A stretch of DNA of 64,000 nt from Lama glama (GCA_028534125.1 CM052832.1:5270001-5334000); one strand, 5' to 3'. Numbered from the stretch's first letter, positions 1 through 13,225 are shown. A program made the numbers and translations. Notes: a model not told the origin generated them from the sequence alone.

Positions 1-246
1 ATAAAATACTCCTTGAATCCATCCAGAGGGACCATTTACATTTGGTTCTTCAAATGTGTCTTGTTTGATTATTTCAGAATCACTTTTCCTAATTTGTTTT
101 AATAACTCATAACCCAGTCAGTAAGTTTATCATTTATTTGTGACTTAGCTCTTGCCGATGTAAAAGACGTTCTTGTTCTATTAATAACTTCAGTATTACA
201 TTTGTATTACATTCATTAGAAGAAGATTGGGGTGCTTTAAATACCT

Positions 247-773
247 TGTTCCAGCTACTCTTGCTGCATAACAAAGTAACCAAAAGTTAGCAACTTCAGA
301 CAGCGGTTTTTCTCAGGCTCACAGATTCTGAGGCAACAATCAAACAGAGCAGACCAAGCCTTGCTTGATTCTGCTCCACAATAACTGTGATCTCCATTTG
401 CAAGACTTGAAGGTGGGGGTTCATCTTCATTCACTCACATGTCTGGTGCCTGGGTTAGAATAACTCAAAGACTAGTAATGCTGATCAAGGAACCTCCACA
501 AGGTCTCCCTATGGGACTTCCCCGCAGTATGGTGGCCTCAGGATAGTCCATGGGGCCAAGGTTCCAAGAGAAGTGTTCCAGCAAAGAGGAAACCATATTT
601 CCTTTTGTGACCTAGTCTCAGAAACACTAGTATCATTTCCACTTTAAGTACTTATAAACCTGCCAAGATTCAAAAGGAGAGGGGCTAAAGATCCCTAAGA
701 TCACATGATACAGGAACATATGAGATGAAACTTATTGTGGTTTTTTTTTGGGGGGGGGATACAACCTTCCACA
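247..773 (-). mobile_element. MaLR solo LTR (MLT1H/G-like)
   Basis: Starts TGTTCCAGCTA..TTGCTGCATAACAAA and ends ..ATACAACCTTCCACA, the reverse of MLT1 LTR termini. The internal CACTCACATGTCTGG..TGGTGGCCTCAGGATAGTC is also typical. Confidence 0.8.
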
Positions 774-1395
774 TATCGTAAGAGTATAAAATAGATTGAA
801 TAAGACACACAAGTGTGCAAACTTACATACTTCTTTATTTCAACTTACATGTGTGTATAAAGTGCTACAGTAATATACAATAAAAGAAGGTCTTCTAAAA
901 TATATTACTATTTCACTCCTCTTATAGTTCTACAACCCTCCCCCCACAAAATGGGGTAAGGTAAAGGAAAATGTTATGGAGCCCAAAACTATAACATGCA
1001 GAAGTTGACTCCACTTGACCTGCATTTAAAATGCAATTTTTAAATACAGGTAAAATTAACAGGCTCATATAGCAATATCCAATTAACAAAGGCTTTCATC
1101 TTTCAGACTGATGACAGAGGTGAGCATTGTCATTGCTGCTTTGTAGAAGCTGAAGTCAGGCTCCAAGGTGCTGTGTGACTTCTTACGTGGTGGAGCCGGC
1201 ACCCTCAGCTCATTTCCACGCTGCTCCCGTCTCAGTTTCAGAAAAGCATTCTCTGCCCTGAATTTCAATCACTAAATTTTCCTCCTCTCAGTTTGCTGGG
1301 CACGTATTGGCCATTTGTATTTTTGGAACCTCTGTAGTAGTATTTACTTTATAATAGAATACATTGGCAGAAATCTGCATCTTATAATATGATCG

Positions 1396-1873
1396 TGTTA
1401 AGCAAAATTTCAGAAATGGAGACCTGATTGAAATAAAGAGGCATTTATTTGGGGTCTGTTAGCACAGCAGCCTGGAAGACTGAGTCAAGAAAGCACTTGA
1501 ATTGTGTCCCATGCAAAATGGGGGACTACAAAATGGGGGGGGGATTTATAAAGGCAAAAATGGTAAAGCCATAGTTGTTACATAAGTTGTTTGTCAAGAC
1601 TTATAATTGGAACTGGCAAGAACTAAGGGTGCTTGTTAAGCAGAGATTGGCTGGGGTCTGAAATGGCTGCACAGTTACAAGGGGAATCTTGAGATCAGAA
1701 GGTTGCAGCCAGCAGATGCACTGGGTAGTGTCCTTGGGTTTGGTACATTTTAGAGAAAATGCGAGTTCCCAGTGGTGCGGGGACATGTCTGAGACCAGAT
1801 CCTCCAATAAGCACAGACCAGGAGAATGAATGTAGCAGCAAGCAGGCAGCAGGTCCAAGTGGGCAAGTTAACA
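1396..1873 (-). mobile_element. Probable ERV solo LTR (ERV1-like, family uncertain)
   Basis: About 480 bp bounded by TGTTAA...TTAACA, with a reverse poly(A) signal (TTTATT ~1445) and a reverse TATA-like TTTATAAA in LTR order. No clear TSD. Confidence 0.55.
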
Positions 1874-3198
1874 TGCAGCCCCGTCAGAAGCTGGACTGGC
1901 CACTGATGGTGCCTGCCTCTGGCAGGATGGGCTCAGGACCCACTATGTGGCCACTTGTAAGGGTCGTGGGTTGTGAATGGGCATCAGATGGTACCACGAC
2001 CAGAGACTGAAGAAACCATGTTCACGTTAGTCTTCGAGGGTACATAGTCACTCCCTACAGCTCTACCAGCTTAGATATTTCTTCATTAGGATTTATAGAG
2101 CCTCAAAAATCTATAAAAATAAACTACTCATGTTTCTATTTGTGGAAATTCCAGAAAAACGTTGTTTATTGGAGGTCTTATATTAAGATGCTCATATTAA
2201 AATGCTCTTACCTCACATTTCATTACCGTAACACATCCCTTCTCAGTATGGCTCTTAGTCGTTCCTGGAAATGCAGACTTAATGTCCTAAACATGAATCA
2301 TATTTTAAAAATATTTCACACACTTTAGTGGGTTCAGGTGAGGGCATGAAAGAAATAGACCGTTGCTTGTAGAATTTGGTAGCCTCTGATGTGGGTTCAT
2401 CCATTTCAGGATACCAGAAAAGGCAAAAGAGAATAACAAACCACTTTTGTACTTTGTAGATTCTTATTATACTTCCCTTCATACACAATATTACTGCTTC
2501 CAATTTGGTGATAATTCTCCACCTTTTCTCCTCAGCACAGACAAATGATTCAAAGCTGGAGGTCTTTATTTCTGTCTAACAACCAGGATTATGAATTGAT
2601 GATTGTGTTGGCAGTAGTATGCCTGGTAGAAAGGACTTGAAATACTAGACTGAATATTTGCACCAATAGCGTATTTCTGTTCATGTATTGTTTTCTTAAT
2701 GGCTAAAAAAAGAGCACCTTGAAGTAAGATAAATAGGTGGGGATGGTGAAACAAACTTTATCTTGGATATCAGTATTTGAATGAGTTTATGTTGCCAAAT
2801 AAGTGAAAACAGTGAAGCTGATAAAAATTAGCTACATATTCATATTTTAATACATAAATATTAAAATAAACAAATTATTATTTCATTCAGAAGAGTTTAT
2901 TCTGCATGTTCAGACATGCTTTTCCAATTACTTACTTGCTTTAATCTCATTACAAATAGGTTCTGATGAAGCAACATATTTAATATTTTTAAAAACACTA
3001 TTAGACATCTCATAAATTAAAAACAGCTTCTGAAAGGATGAGGCTATTTAACTGGCAGTGTGAGATTTTTAAGAATCTAAAAAAAACAAATTTTGAAAAG
3101 TATGAAGACTGTTAACATCATGTGAATTACCAAGAATAGCTCTTGAGTCCTGGGTTGGTATCTCCTTTCTGATTCTCATATTCTAAGATAACTGCTTT

Positions 3199-3327
3199 GT
3201 TTTTTTTTAATAAGAGGGAGGAGGTAATTAGGTAATTAGGAGGTAATTAATGGAGGTACTGGAGATTGAACCCAAGACCTTATGCATGCTAAGCACATAC
3301 CCTACCACTGAGCTATACCCTCCCTGC
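3199..3327 (-). mobile_element. Camelid tRNA-derived SINE (vic-1-like)
   Basis: Reverse complement has a tRNA-Ala-like head with A box (TAGCTCAGTGG) and B box (GGTTCAATC). TSD AAGATAACT(G/T)CTTT at 3185-3198 and 3328-3341. Confidence 0.9.
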
Positions 3328-3770
3328 AAGATAACTTCTTTAATCAGACTCCTAGAATAAAAATTAACGTTGTCAAAGTAAATCGTATTTATATGGGATG
3401 ACAAAATTAATTGGACTTACTGATTTAATAAAGAAGTCATAGCTATCACAAAACATAACTTAAAATTTTACTAAGGTCCAAGTGAATATAGCTAATTTCA
3501 GTGAACCCATTGATGTTCACTCAGTTAACAGAAACGTCAAGCACATAGGCCTCCTTTGTATCATAGTGAAGGTTTTCTTTTATAACCTTCCCAATTCCTC
3601 ATGAATTCGGCTCCACTTTATCGAATGCCGTCATAATATATGACTCATTAGTGGTATCCACCCCTTCAGCCCCTCACCCCAACCAAATATGTAGTACAGA
3701 AAGGATTCCAACGCTCTAAGCCTTATCCAAGTCCTTTAAGTTAATTATAATGTTTTATTTTAAATATGTA

Positions 3771-4110
3771 TCTCAGGATATGCTGTTTAATACTCTGACC
3801 AGATCACCAGGGGATGGTGTGAATTCACTCCTAGGGTGTTCCTTGGGAGCCTGGAGGAAATGCTAGCCCACAGGGCGTGAAAGTGAAACCCCTGAGTTAC
3901 CATTGCAGATGGTGGGGAAGGATTAAAGAGCTCCAGGAAGTGGGTATTCTGAAAAGGATGCATTACGTGAGGCCAGGAGACCCATCAGAAGATTATGTCC
4001 TTCAGGAAGGCCCAGAGGACCAAACGATTTACGAAGACATTGAGGATGCTCCGGTGAGCGGAATGCTGGCATCACCAAAATGCTCGGGAATGATTCTTCT
4101 GTGCAGGCTA
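3771..4110 (+). pseudogene. Decayed ERV-L (HERV16/ERV3-16A3-like) gag fragment
   Basis: Translates across one stop and one frameshift as FNTLTRSPGDGVNSLLG..AWRKC*PT..PELP / IKELQEVGILKRMHYVRP..EGPED..ILLCR. This is colinear with ERV-L Gag (W..RWPT..MPELPW..GI.RLRE.GMLEW..EGPED..LLCRP). Confidence 0.8.
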
Positions 4111-5980
4111 GAAAGAATTCATGGACTTTGATCATACATAACGTTGTTCAGTCTTATTGATTACTGTCTGTAGTCTAAAAGAAGCCAGCTTAACTTTTCT
4201 AACTCTTAAATAAGCTCTTTTCTAACTCTCAGGCCCTCGCCTTTTATCAGTGGAGACTGACTCATTTGTGAATGAATATTTTTCATTATTGGAAAACCTC
4301 CAAGATTGCAATCTGTCATCTCTCTAAAAACGCAAGGAATGAAATGAAACAGCCTTAAATACACTTGATTAATAAAGCCTTTTTGCTTTTTATGGACTCA
4401 AACTGAATTGATCTACTGGCATTGCTAAGAATAGATGAAGTGCCCTTAGATCAGTCTGCCAATAGCTTCAGTCTGAAGTGCCCATCATCGTAAAGTCACT
4501 CATAGCCAAGACTGATTGTATCTTGTGTTTTCCTGGACTGGGTTCTTCCTTCTCTGTTATTCAGCAGTTTTGAAATCCGATCTCTTTTAGGTGACAGTCC
4601 TATCATCATCTCAATTGAGACTGTAACTAGAAAGCATCTCATCAGTCAGACAACCCACTCGTTCATTAATGACAACCTAGGAGAAGTATAACAGAAGAGT
4701 CCTTTGTAGTAGAAATTCTGAATAGTGTTAAAAATATTGGCATATGCATGAGAAGGCTGTGGGTATGTTAGCTATCACAGGGCGCTCATTCTGTAAATTC
4801 ATTTACAGAAGCAGTTCCTATGTCTGTCATTTTGATTTAGTGACCACGGTCTTAGTTCTGTTAACTATGTTTTTTTGGTTTATGAACAGATGCTGATTTA
4901 AAATGAATTACAATTCATTTGCTGTGGAGAAATTTTGGGAAAATTTAAATAGTCCTGGAGAGAAAAACATAATAGGATTTTGGAAACCAGAATGGAGATC
5001 CCATTGTTTGCTTTCCATACAGTTGAAAATAAATTTGCATTTTTTTCTTAATTCAATATGTGACATGTTAACATTCCAAACCGGATATGTCCTTTAACTT
5101 GGCCCTTCATTTCTTTTCATATTCAAATAGAACATGTTGTTCCCCCAAATGAAATTTCGAAATTAGCTTTCCTTACTGTGTATATAACAAATAATTTAAA
5201 AAGCATTTTGAATTTACTCTCATGCATATATTACGAAAGAGACAATTAGTCACTGCTTAATAAGTAAGGATTACCAATGAGAACTTGGGACCATTAGAGC
5301 TGTTCTAGATGTCTGCCTACCATGTGTAGTCATTTATGCTTTTTTCTCATTTATTACCCCAAATTGGGAGCCATTACAGTAACGTGTGATATATTGTACC
5401 TTTTTATTGTTCTGAAAATTTAGAAACATGTTTGTGGGATCTTTAAGTTATAGAGTGGAGCAAAATCCTCTTATTCCAATAGAGGAAAACAAATGAGCTT
5501 TTTTTTTTAAATACCCCATTGGCTGTAATTAACTTTTAAAAAATTCCCAGTTAGCAGATTTCTTTAGCAATTTAACTGCTATTTAAATTCATTTTATTTT
5601 ATGCAGGGACATTTAAAAACCATTGGCCAAAATTAATGGACAGTAACAATCCTGTTAACTTTTGAGAAATTATAGTCACTTATGAATAAGTTTGCACTGG
5701 CAGAGGCCATTTTGTGAATTGTCTGAAAAAGAGCTAATATGTTTTCTATTTATATTTCTATGCATCTTTTTTTTTCTGTAATTTTTATGCCACACGTGAC
5801 TTCTGTTGACTCCCAAATTAGATCTTGATTTCCAAATCTAAATAAGAGAAGGGAGCATTCTAGTTTTAGCTGGAGGTCACTTTGAAGCAGGCAAATCTAG
5901 AGATGTCATGGAAAAACAGAACCAAACAGAAGACATACACTGCATGTTCTGTTCTCAGTGTCTACTTACTGCGTTCTTTT

Positions 5981-6120
5981 GTGTTTTGTTTTTTTCTTGA
6001 TGGGGGAGGTTCTTAGGCTTGTTTATACATATATATGTATCTAGTGGAGGGACAGGTGATTGAACCCAGGACCTTGTGCATGCTGGGCACACACTCTACC
6101 ACGGAGCTACACCCTCCCCA
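5981..6120 (-). mobile_element. Camelid SINE (vic-1-like)
   Basis: GATTGAACCCAGGACCTTGTGCATGCT..CTCTACCAC.GAGCTACACCCTCCCC core, preceded by a T-rich tail. Confidence 0.85.
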
Positions 6121-6169
6121 CTGCTGTGCCCTCTTCTTTGCCTCTTAAGTATCATCATCATGATTAATA

Positions 6170-6350
6170 TACTTATTTACTATCGACATAGATCTTCTAT
6201 TGAGTGTTTCATATTATTTCTCATTTAAAATCTTTGAGATATCCACTAGTATATTTTGTAGACGAGGCAGATAAACCTTCAGGAAGGAAGTTAACCTGTC
6301 CAAGATCCTACAATTAGCAAAACGCACAAGCAGGCTTCCTACCCAATGAA
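6170..6350 (-). mobile_element. MIR SINE fragment
   Basis: ATTTTGTAGACGAGG..AAGTTAACCTGTCCAAGATCCTACAATTAG resembles the reverse MIR core. Confidence 0.55.
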
Positions 6351-7288
6351 AGCTCTTTGTTTGCTAAATGATACTAGGATAATAGCAGAGATGGTTTGAA
6401 GGGAACAACTGAAAAACAAACAAAAAGCATGATTACAACATCAAAAAAATCAAAAGATCAATCTCAATCTTACCTCAAATCAAAATTCAGTCGGGGAAAA
6501 GTGCTGGACTTAAACAGTCAAGTTCTTCTTTCCTTTGACTCTGTGGGGCTTTTTGTTTGTAACCAAGCTTCACAGTTCAAAAAAAAAAAGTATCTACAAC
6601 AGAGTGAATGTCATGGTTCTTGCATAATTTTAGGACAAACAGACTTACTTCCACTAGGACAGGTGCCCACCAGGTGCATATTCAGTAGATATTATAGACG
6701 TTGAACTGCCGGCACTGAAGTGAAAGAGGAAGAAATTAATTCTAGCATATGCACTTACTATGTGGCATTTGTCTTTAAACTTGCGTGGACTCCTTTTTTC
6801 CCCTCATTTGTAAAATTAGATTCTATGATTGGTGTATTTGAACTCTCTTCTGCAGTTTCTATGCAATTTAAAAAAGATACAGTATATTGAATTACCTTTA
6901 TAAGTTATAAAGTACTGTAAAGATATCAGGCATTGCTTAGTATTGCTTGATACTGATACATGGTGTTGAACTGATATGTGGAATAATTAGCAATCTTGGT
7001 ATCAGGAAACCTTAGTTTTTGTCAGTAGCCCATTTGTGCTTTGTACAATTGACTAAATTTTCTAGTCTAGTGTTTTATTTTACTTTTTTTTGGTTGTTGT
7101 TGAATGAGCTGTAACAACAATTTGAGTCTAGGTAGGCCGTGGAGATTAAAACTTAAAAATAGTCCCTAATATAGTACATTTTTCTACATTTCCTAATGTC
7201 CTTTAAACTTTACTCTTGTTAGATTTTCCCCTAAAGCCTGCTGTTTTTATGCCATTCTCTAGAGAGAATTTGCTCAAAAAAAAAAAAA

Positions 7289-7788
7289 NNNNNNNNNNNN
7301 NNNNNNNNNNNNNNNNNNNNNNNNNNNNNNNNNNNNNNNNNNNNNNNNNNNNNNNNNNNNNNNNNNNNNNNNNNNNNNNNNNNNNNNNNNNNNNNNNNNN
7401 NNNNNNNNNNNNNNNNNNNNNNNNNNNNNNNNNNNNNNNNNNNNNNNNNNNNNNNNNNNNNNNNNNNNNNNNNNNNNNNNNNNNNNNNNNNNNNNNNNNN
7501 NNNNNNNNNNNNNNNNNNNNNNNNNNNNNNNNNNNNNNNNNNNNNNNNNNNNNNNNNNNNNNNNNNNNNNNNNNNNNNNNNNNNNNNNNNNNNNNNNNNN
7601 NNNNNNNNNNNNNNNNNNNNNNNNNNNNNNNNNNNNNNNNNNNNNNNNNNNNNNNNNNNNNNNNNNNNNNNNNNNNNNNNNNNNNNNNNNNNNNNNNNNN
7701 NNNNNNNNNNNNNNNNNNNNNNNNNNNNNNNNNNNNNNNNNNNNNNNNNNNNNNNNNNNNNNNNNNNNNNNNNNNNNNNNNNNNNNNN
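7289..7788. other. Assembly gap (500 N)
   Basis: Run of N following a poly(A) tract. Confidence 1.
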
Positions 7789-7806
7789 CACTCTGCTTGT
7801 TTTCAG

Positions 7807-7827
7807 ACGTGATCTGACCTGTTTGAG
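7807..7827 (+). other. Candidate 21-nt microexon
   Basis: ctctgcttgttttcag|ACGTGATCTGACCTGTTTGAG|gtaaga. Open only in phase 2 (RDLTCL). Upstream context is lost in the gap. Confidence 0.2.
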
Positions 7828-9484
7828 GTAAGATATGTCCAGATCTCATGAGATTTAATGAACTGAGTCCTTCACACCCCACCAGCTTCTAAACAAATCT
7901 GTGTGCTTACAGATAGCCACACTTCTTGGTGGGGTGGGGAGTGGGCAGGTCCCCAAAATGTGTCGTGCTTTTGGATCCTTCTCTTACAATACAATTCAAA
8001 AGTTGATGTCACTTAGAATAATGCAGTGTTTAAAGACAGAGCAGTGGCTCTCAGCTTACTTATTTAGTGAAGCAAGACATGGAGCTTAAGAGTGTTCATC
8101 TCATTAGGAGAAATAGGAAATATTTTTTAAAATCCTACAAAAGTAATAGTTATTGATGTGGTAGCCTTATATATCATTTACCTTTGTATGTACATCTGGG
8201 CTCAGAATTCCCAGCAGCAATAAGAACGTAGGTATTTTTGGTCCACAGGACGTAATGTGCACATAGTCATGATAAACCAAGTTGCGTGATATCTAGCAAT
8301 CCACGATCAGACCACATAGACCATGTCCATCTTATCCAGCAGAACCAGGGATTTCACTTAGTGTTCCCTGGAAACCCCAAGGTCAAGTCCAAGACCTAAG
8401 GTGCTACAGAAATTTAAAAAGATGGCTTCTGAGGGGACTTAGACACACATATATATGATAATAGTCCTATACATTGTCTCAGTATCAGAAAAAAATCAAC
8501 ATGCCTGTCCTTTCTTTAGTATACTTATTTAAATTTTTGACATTTTCTTGAATTATTTGATGTCTTGAATTATTTAATCCTCTTGTCTACTTTATTCTCT
8601 TCCTTTACAAATGAACCCTAGTATTTTCTGAAAGACGCCCCACTAATCATTGTCACTCTGGATAGGGAAAGAAAGAAAAAGCTTCAAGTCTATTTTCAGC
8701 TAAAATTATTATATTTCTGGTTTTAACAATGAGGAACAATAACCTTAGTAACAGAAAAGCAGGATGCAGGCCTCCCTGGATTATTTTTCTGTTGCCAAGG
8801 TTGAACTCTCAGCCTTTGACCGTCTTTCAGAATTATCAATGACTCATCAACCTGTCCATTCTGAGTTCTTGTATTCGAGTGTATTATAGTTAAAAGTGGC
8901 TCAAAACAGGAAGATATTAAGTGCCCCACGTATGTGAAGGGCATTCGTAATGCAGAGATTAAGCTGATGGCTCTCAGTGCTTAACTCTTTTTCTTATGCG
9001 GTAGTTATATTGACCTAAGAAGACTCGGAATTTCTTTTCATGATGAAATAGTCACATCCAACAACTGAGGGAGAATGTTTAACTGCTTAAATTATGTGAT
9101 AGTTGTGCTTCTTGGTAAGAATGTAAAACCCTTCTAAGGGTACCCCTAGGTAAAATAGGAAAGAAAAAATTCTTTATGTGCTTGTATATCTTAAATATAT
9201 GTTCACATAATCATTCTTTATTTAGGCTTTCCACAGATAGGAATAATGAGCAACAATTATGTGCTGGATTTTCAGCATCCCTTCTCCCCTTTGTGGAGCT
9301 TAGCGTCTAAGAGAGAAGACAGGAAGTGAAATAAAACACAATCTTTTAATAAAGCAGAGTGTGGGTTATGTCGGGGAGTCGGGGGTGTCATGAGGGTAAA
9401 TGGGGGCCAGTCTGCAGCCATGAAGCACCTGATCAGCATGAACACAAGGGGCAGACTCCTGAGTAGGCCGGTTGTGGTCTAAAC

Positions 9485-9795
9485 CAGGGGTTTGCAAGCT
9501 TTCTCTCTAAAGGACCAGATGCTAAACCTTTCAGGCTTTGCAGGTCACATGGTCTCTGTCACAGTTACTAACCTTGCCCTTGGAGTGCAAAAGCAGCTCA
9601 TAGGAAATTTGTAAATGAATGAGCATTTTGGCTGTGTGCTAAAAAACTTTATTTATGAGCACTGAATTTTGAATTTCACATAATCCTCCCATGTCATTAT
9701 TTTCATTCTGATTCTTTTCAATCACTTGAAAATGTCAAACCTGTTCTTAGCTCTCAGGCTAAGATTGGGCCCGCGGACTGTACTTGGCCAATTTT
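9485..9795 (+). mobile_element. MER58B (hAT-Charlie MITE)
   Basis: CAGGGGTTTGCAAGCTTT..AAAGGACCAGAT..TGCAAAAGCAGC..CACTGAATTTTGAATTTCA..TTGGGCCCGCGGACTGTA. Confidence 0.8.
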
Positions 9796-10289
9796 GTGTG
9801 TCTGGCCTAAGAAACAGGGAATAGAAGAAAATAATGATTTTTAACTAGCAAAGAGAAACTAGATAAGATTTGTTCACTTAACTTTTACTGCATTTTATTT
9901 CATTAACACAAATATTCTGGAAGGGAAATAATATAGTTTTGTTAGGCTCCTTTTACAGCTGAATAAACAGGCTTTTATGTTTTATTTATAAATATTTATT
10001 TATATGTTTATATTTATGAAGTATGTATTTATATTTTATTTATGAAGTCCCAAAGGTAGTGATATATCATTTTCGAATTACTTTATAGACCAGTCAATGC
10101 ACTCACTGGATAATGCAAAAAAATTTGTCTATGATGATCACTTTATTGAGAATTTTACCTTATTCCATATATTTTTCTAGGCTTGGGGCACACAGAAGAA
10201 AAATGTCATAAGCTCAAAGAACTATCAATCCAGTGGGGAACGTTGATGTCTGAACAATAAAAGGATAGTGTCAAAGTAAAATCTTACAT

Positions 10290-10985
10290 ATTTCAACAAA
10301 CATTTACCAGACAACTTTTATGTGCCGGGTTCTGTTGTAGGCACTAAGGAAGTAGTTCCACAGACGCATGGGTCCTGGCTAGGCATTCGTGGGTTTTACT
10401 TTTTGGTGGTGTGAGACGTAATACATGAACAAACAAAGGAACATGTAAAATAATTCCTGCTAATTGTAAGTATTATGAGAAAAATAAAACGGAATAATGC
10501 AGGATGACTCGTGTTATATTGGGTTGAGTAGTTAGGAAAGTTCTCTCTGCAAATGTGGTACTGAAACTGAGCTGAATGATGAGCAGGGGCCCACTGTGCG
10601 TAAATCAAGGGGAGAAACTGCACACAGGTTTGCTCTGTTGGAGGAACACAGTGATGACCACTGCTGTTGGCAAAAAATAAGCAAGAGAGAGGTTAAGTCA
10701 GAGATAGATGTGACCTACGATCAGAAAGGTAGGCAGGGTCTGGGTCATCTTATGGTAAGAAATTTTTGTTTTATATTATAAATGATGGCAAAACTGAGGA
10801 TGGCTGTAAGCGAGGGAGTCCATGATAGAGCTCACACTGATTGCTGTGTTTGGACTAAAGGAGAGCGAGTGTGATCAGTCAGACCAGTTAGGGTCCTAGT
10901 GCCAGACCCCAGGTGGGAGGGATGACTTGGACTAGGATAGTGACCATGAAAATAGAAGAAAAGTGTAATTCAGGATTCAGTATTT
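10290..10985 (-). mobile_element. L2 LINE 3' region
   Basis: TTCAACAAACATTTA..TATGTGCCGGG..TAGGCACT terminus, followed by a purine-rich L2 body ending AGACCAGTTAGG..GACTTGGACTAGG. Confidence 0.75.
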
Positions 10986-11389
10986 ATAGTGAAAAAGAAA
11001 TAAATTTCTTTTAAAATACATAAAGTACTTTAATTTTAGAAATACTACTTTCGTGTTGATTAGTGCATTAAACACCTTTCCCTCTTTAAATAATCACTTT
11101 AATTTACTCTTACAAATCCCCACTCCCAGAGAAACTGCACATAAAAATCCTTAGCATCTCCCTTCTTTACTTTCTCTGATCCTTAATATGCAGACATTAA
11201 ATTTTTTTTACTGAAGACAGTCTTTCTTCTTAATGTCTCATTCTCATAATTTATTTTCTTTGACAGCATTTATTAGATCTATCTTATTTTGAAAGCATGC
11301 CTGTGCTGGCTGCTCGTAAACCTCTTGTCTGCAGAAGCTTTATCCCTTGCAACTCTGGGTCAGTCAGTTGCTTTTTATGTCACTTGAAG

Positions 11390-11558
11390 CAGTAATTCTT
11401 CATCGTTAGCCTGCCTCAGAGTCATCAGGAGAACCTGTTACAACGCAGATTGCTGGGCCCCGCTCCCAGGTTCTGACTCGGTTGGGGGGCCCCTGGCTTT
11501 ACATTTCCGACAAACTTCCAGTTGTTAGTGGCCTGGGGACCACGATTTAAATTGCCTT
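11390..11558. mobile_element. MER5A (hAT-Charlie MITE)
   Basis: CAGATTGCTGGGCCCC.CTCCCAG.TTCTGACTC..GGGGACCAC core. Confidence 0.75.
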
Positions 11559-11920
11559 GGCTTCTGTTTCCTTGTTCAAAAGACATTTGATCTTAATTAT
11601 CTTGACATCCCCACATGCTTAGCTACTTGTTTCTCCAAATTTCTTGCCGTTTGTTGTCTAATGTGCATCCTCCTGCATTCCTTCTACTTTCAGTTTGGGT
11701 GAAGTTCACATTATGCCTTATTTCCATAGAAAAACTTCTTGTGAAAAGGAGGATTAAGCATATACGGCTCCTTTTTACTACTGCAGTTATGCAGTTGTAC
11801 AGACACAAAGGACACGCACATGCTGCCGTGACACAGAGATGTGAGCTGGACGTGTGTTTAGTCTCCACCCAAACACCCGCTCTGGGTTTAGCACCTGCTC
11901 CTAGATTCCTGTGGCCGCCC

Positions 11921-12302
11921 TGTGAAGCGATCAGACTCCTTCAGCTGGTGGTTTGATACGAATGACATTGCACACACCAAACACATGTGAGAAGAAATTG
12001 ATTATTCGTGCACGTGACTTCCGGGGAGAGAGGGTCTTGCACAAGCTGATCCAGGATGGCTTTAAGGAAGGGAGTGGTGCTTTGGCTTTGCTTTGAATTA
12101 TGGCCAGAAGGTGGTGTCTGTGTGGGGATTTCTACATATGGGATAGGGTTTGTGTGATTTGAATTTCCCAGAGAGAGTCTTACCAAATTTCTCGGAGTCT
12201 TACTGCCTTGCCCAGGTATAGGGCAAAAAGCAAAGAGAAAAGGTGGCGCTGGAGAGATGTCAGTGTTCAGACATCAAAAGTGAAGTCAGACTTTTTATTA
12301 CA
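11921..12302 (-). mobile_element. ERV-L solo LTR (MER54A/MER73-like)
   Basis: Reverse complement begins TGTAATAAAAAGTCTGACTTCACTTTTGATGTCTGAACACTGACA and contains GGGAAATTCAAATCAC; ends in CA. Confidence 0.75.
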
Positions 12303-12609
12303 TAGCGCTATTGGGTCATAGACCTTGCTAGTCAGCCTCTAATTTTTTTTTAACTTCCGATAAATTTTTTTAACATCTGTTTTAAACGTCTGATAATACA
12401 ACATAAATTAATTTCAGGGTCAAAATTCCCATCTTTTAAAGAATACATCATCTGATGCAGTTCGTGAGTGATGCTGGAGTACTTTAACCACAGAAAAAGA
12501 CATGGATAAGTAAGCGTCTGACAGGGTTTAACGATTTGACTCAAAACAAAAAAGAAAAACAACAAAAATAGTGACATAAAATGTATTTCAGAAGAGAATG
12601 ATTTTTGTA

Positions 12610-13225
12610 CAAGCGCTTTAGAAAACAGTTTGGCAGTTTTTAATAAAATTAAACATTTATCTATAATGTGACCCAGAAGTCCCATTCCTAGGTATCTGTG
12701 TAAGAGAATGAGAACATGTGACCACGCAAGGAGTTGTTCATAAATATTTACAGCACCGTTATTCACGGTAGCAAAAAACCGAAGATCTCCCAAATGTCCA
12801 TTCCCAGGTGAATGAGTAAGCAGAAACTGTGGTCTAGGCATATAATAGAATATTACTCATCAGTAAAACGGAAGAAACTGCTGATAGATCCACAGTGTGG
12901 ATGGACCCCCAAAATATTATGCCCTGTGAAGTAAGCCAGACACACGAGTCCATACGCCGTGATTCCATGGATGTGAAATTCTACAACAGATCAAAATGAC
13001 CTACCCACCTAAAGAAGGTCACTCGTTGCCTGTGACAGCGGAGTGGAGTAGGGAAACAAATGCAGATGAGCGGAGGGGATTTTCTGGTGGTCACAGAAAC
13101 GTTTTGTACCTTGATTGTGGTGGTAGTTATGTTAGTATATGTATTTGAAGAGACTCAATGAACTGCAGACTAATCAGATACATAAATATATAAATTATAC
13201 TTGAATAAAGTTGACTAAAACAAAT
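12610..13225 (+). mobile_element. Old L1 (L1ME/MC-type) ORF2 end and 3' UTR
   Basis: GAAAACAGTTTGGCAGTTT..GACCCAG..ATTCCTAGGTAT..CCCAAATGTCCA..TTGATTGTGGTGGTAGTTA..AATAAAGTTGA. Confidence 0.85.

Noticed and set aside
7216-7882. Long ORFs of 177-202 aa here and at 48451-49059
   Set aside because: They consist almost entirely of N gap (X residues).
12350-12841. 163-aa minus-strand ORF (also 18112-18573, 42679-43035, 59025-59411)
   Set aside because: Antisense or off-frame read-through of L1/L2 fossils.
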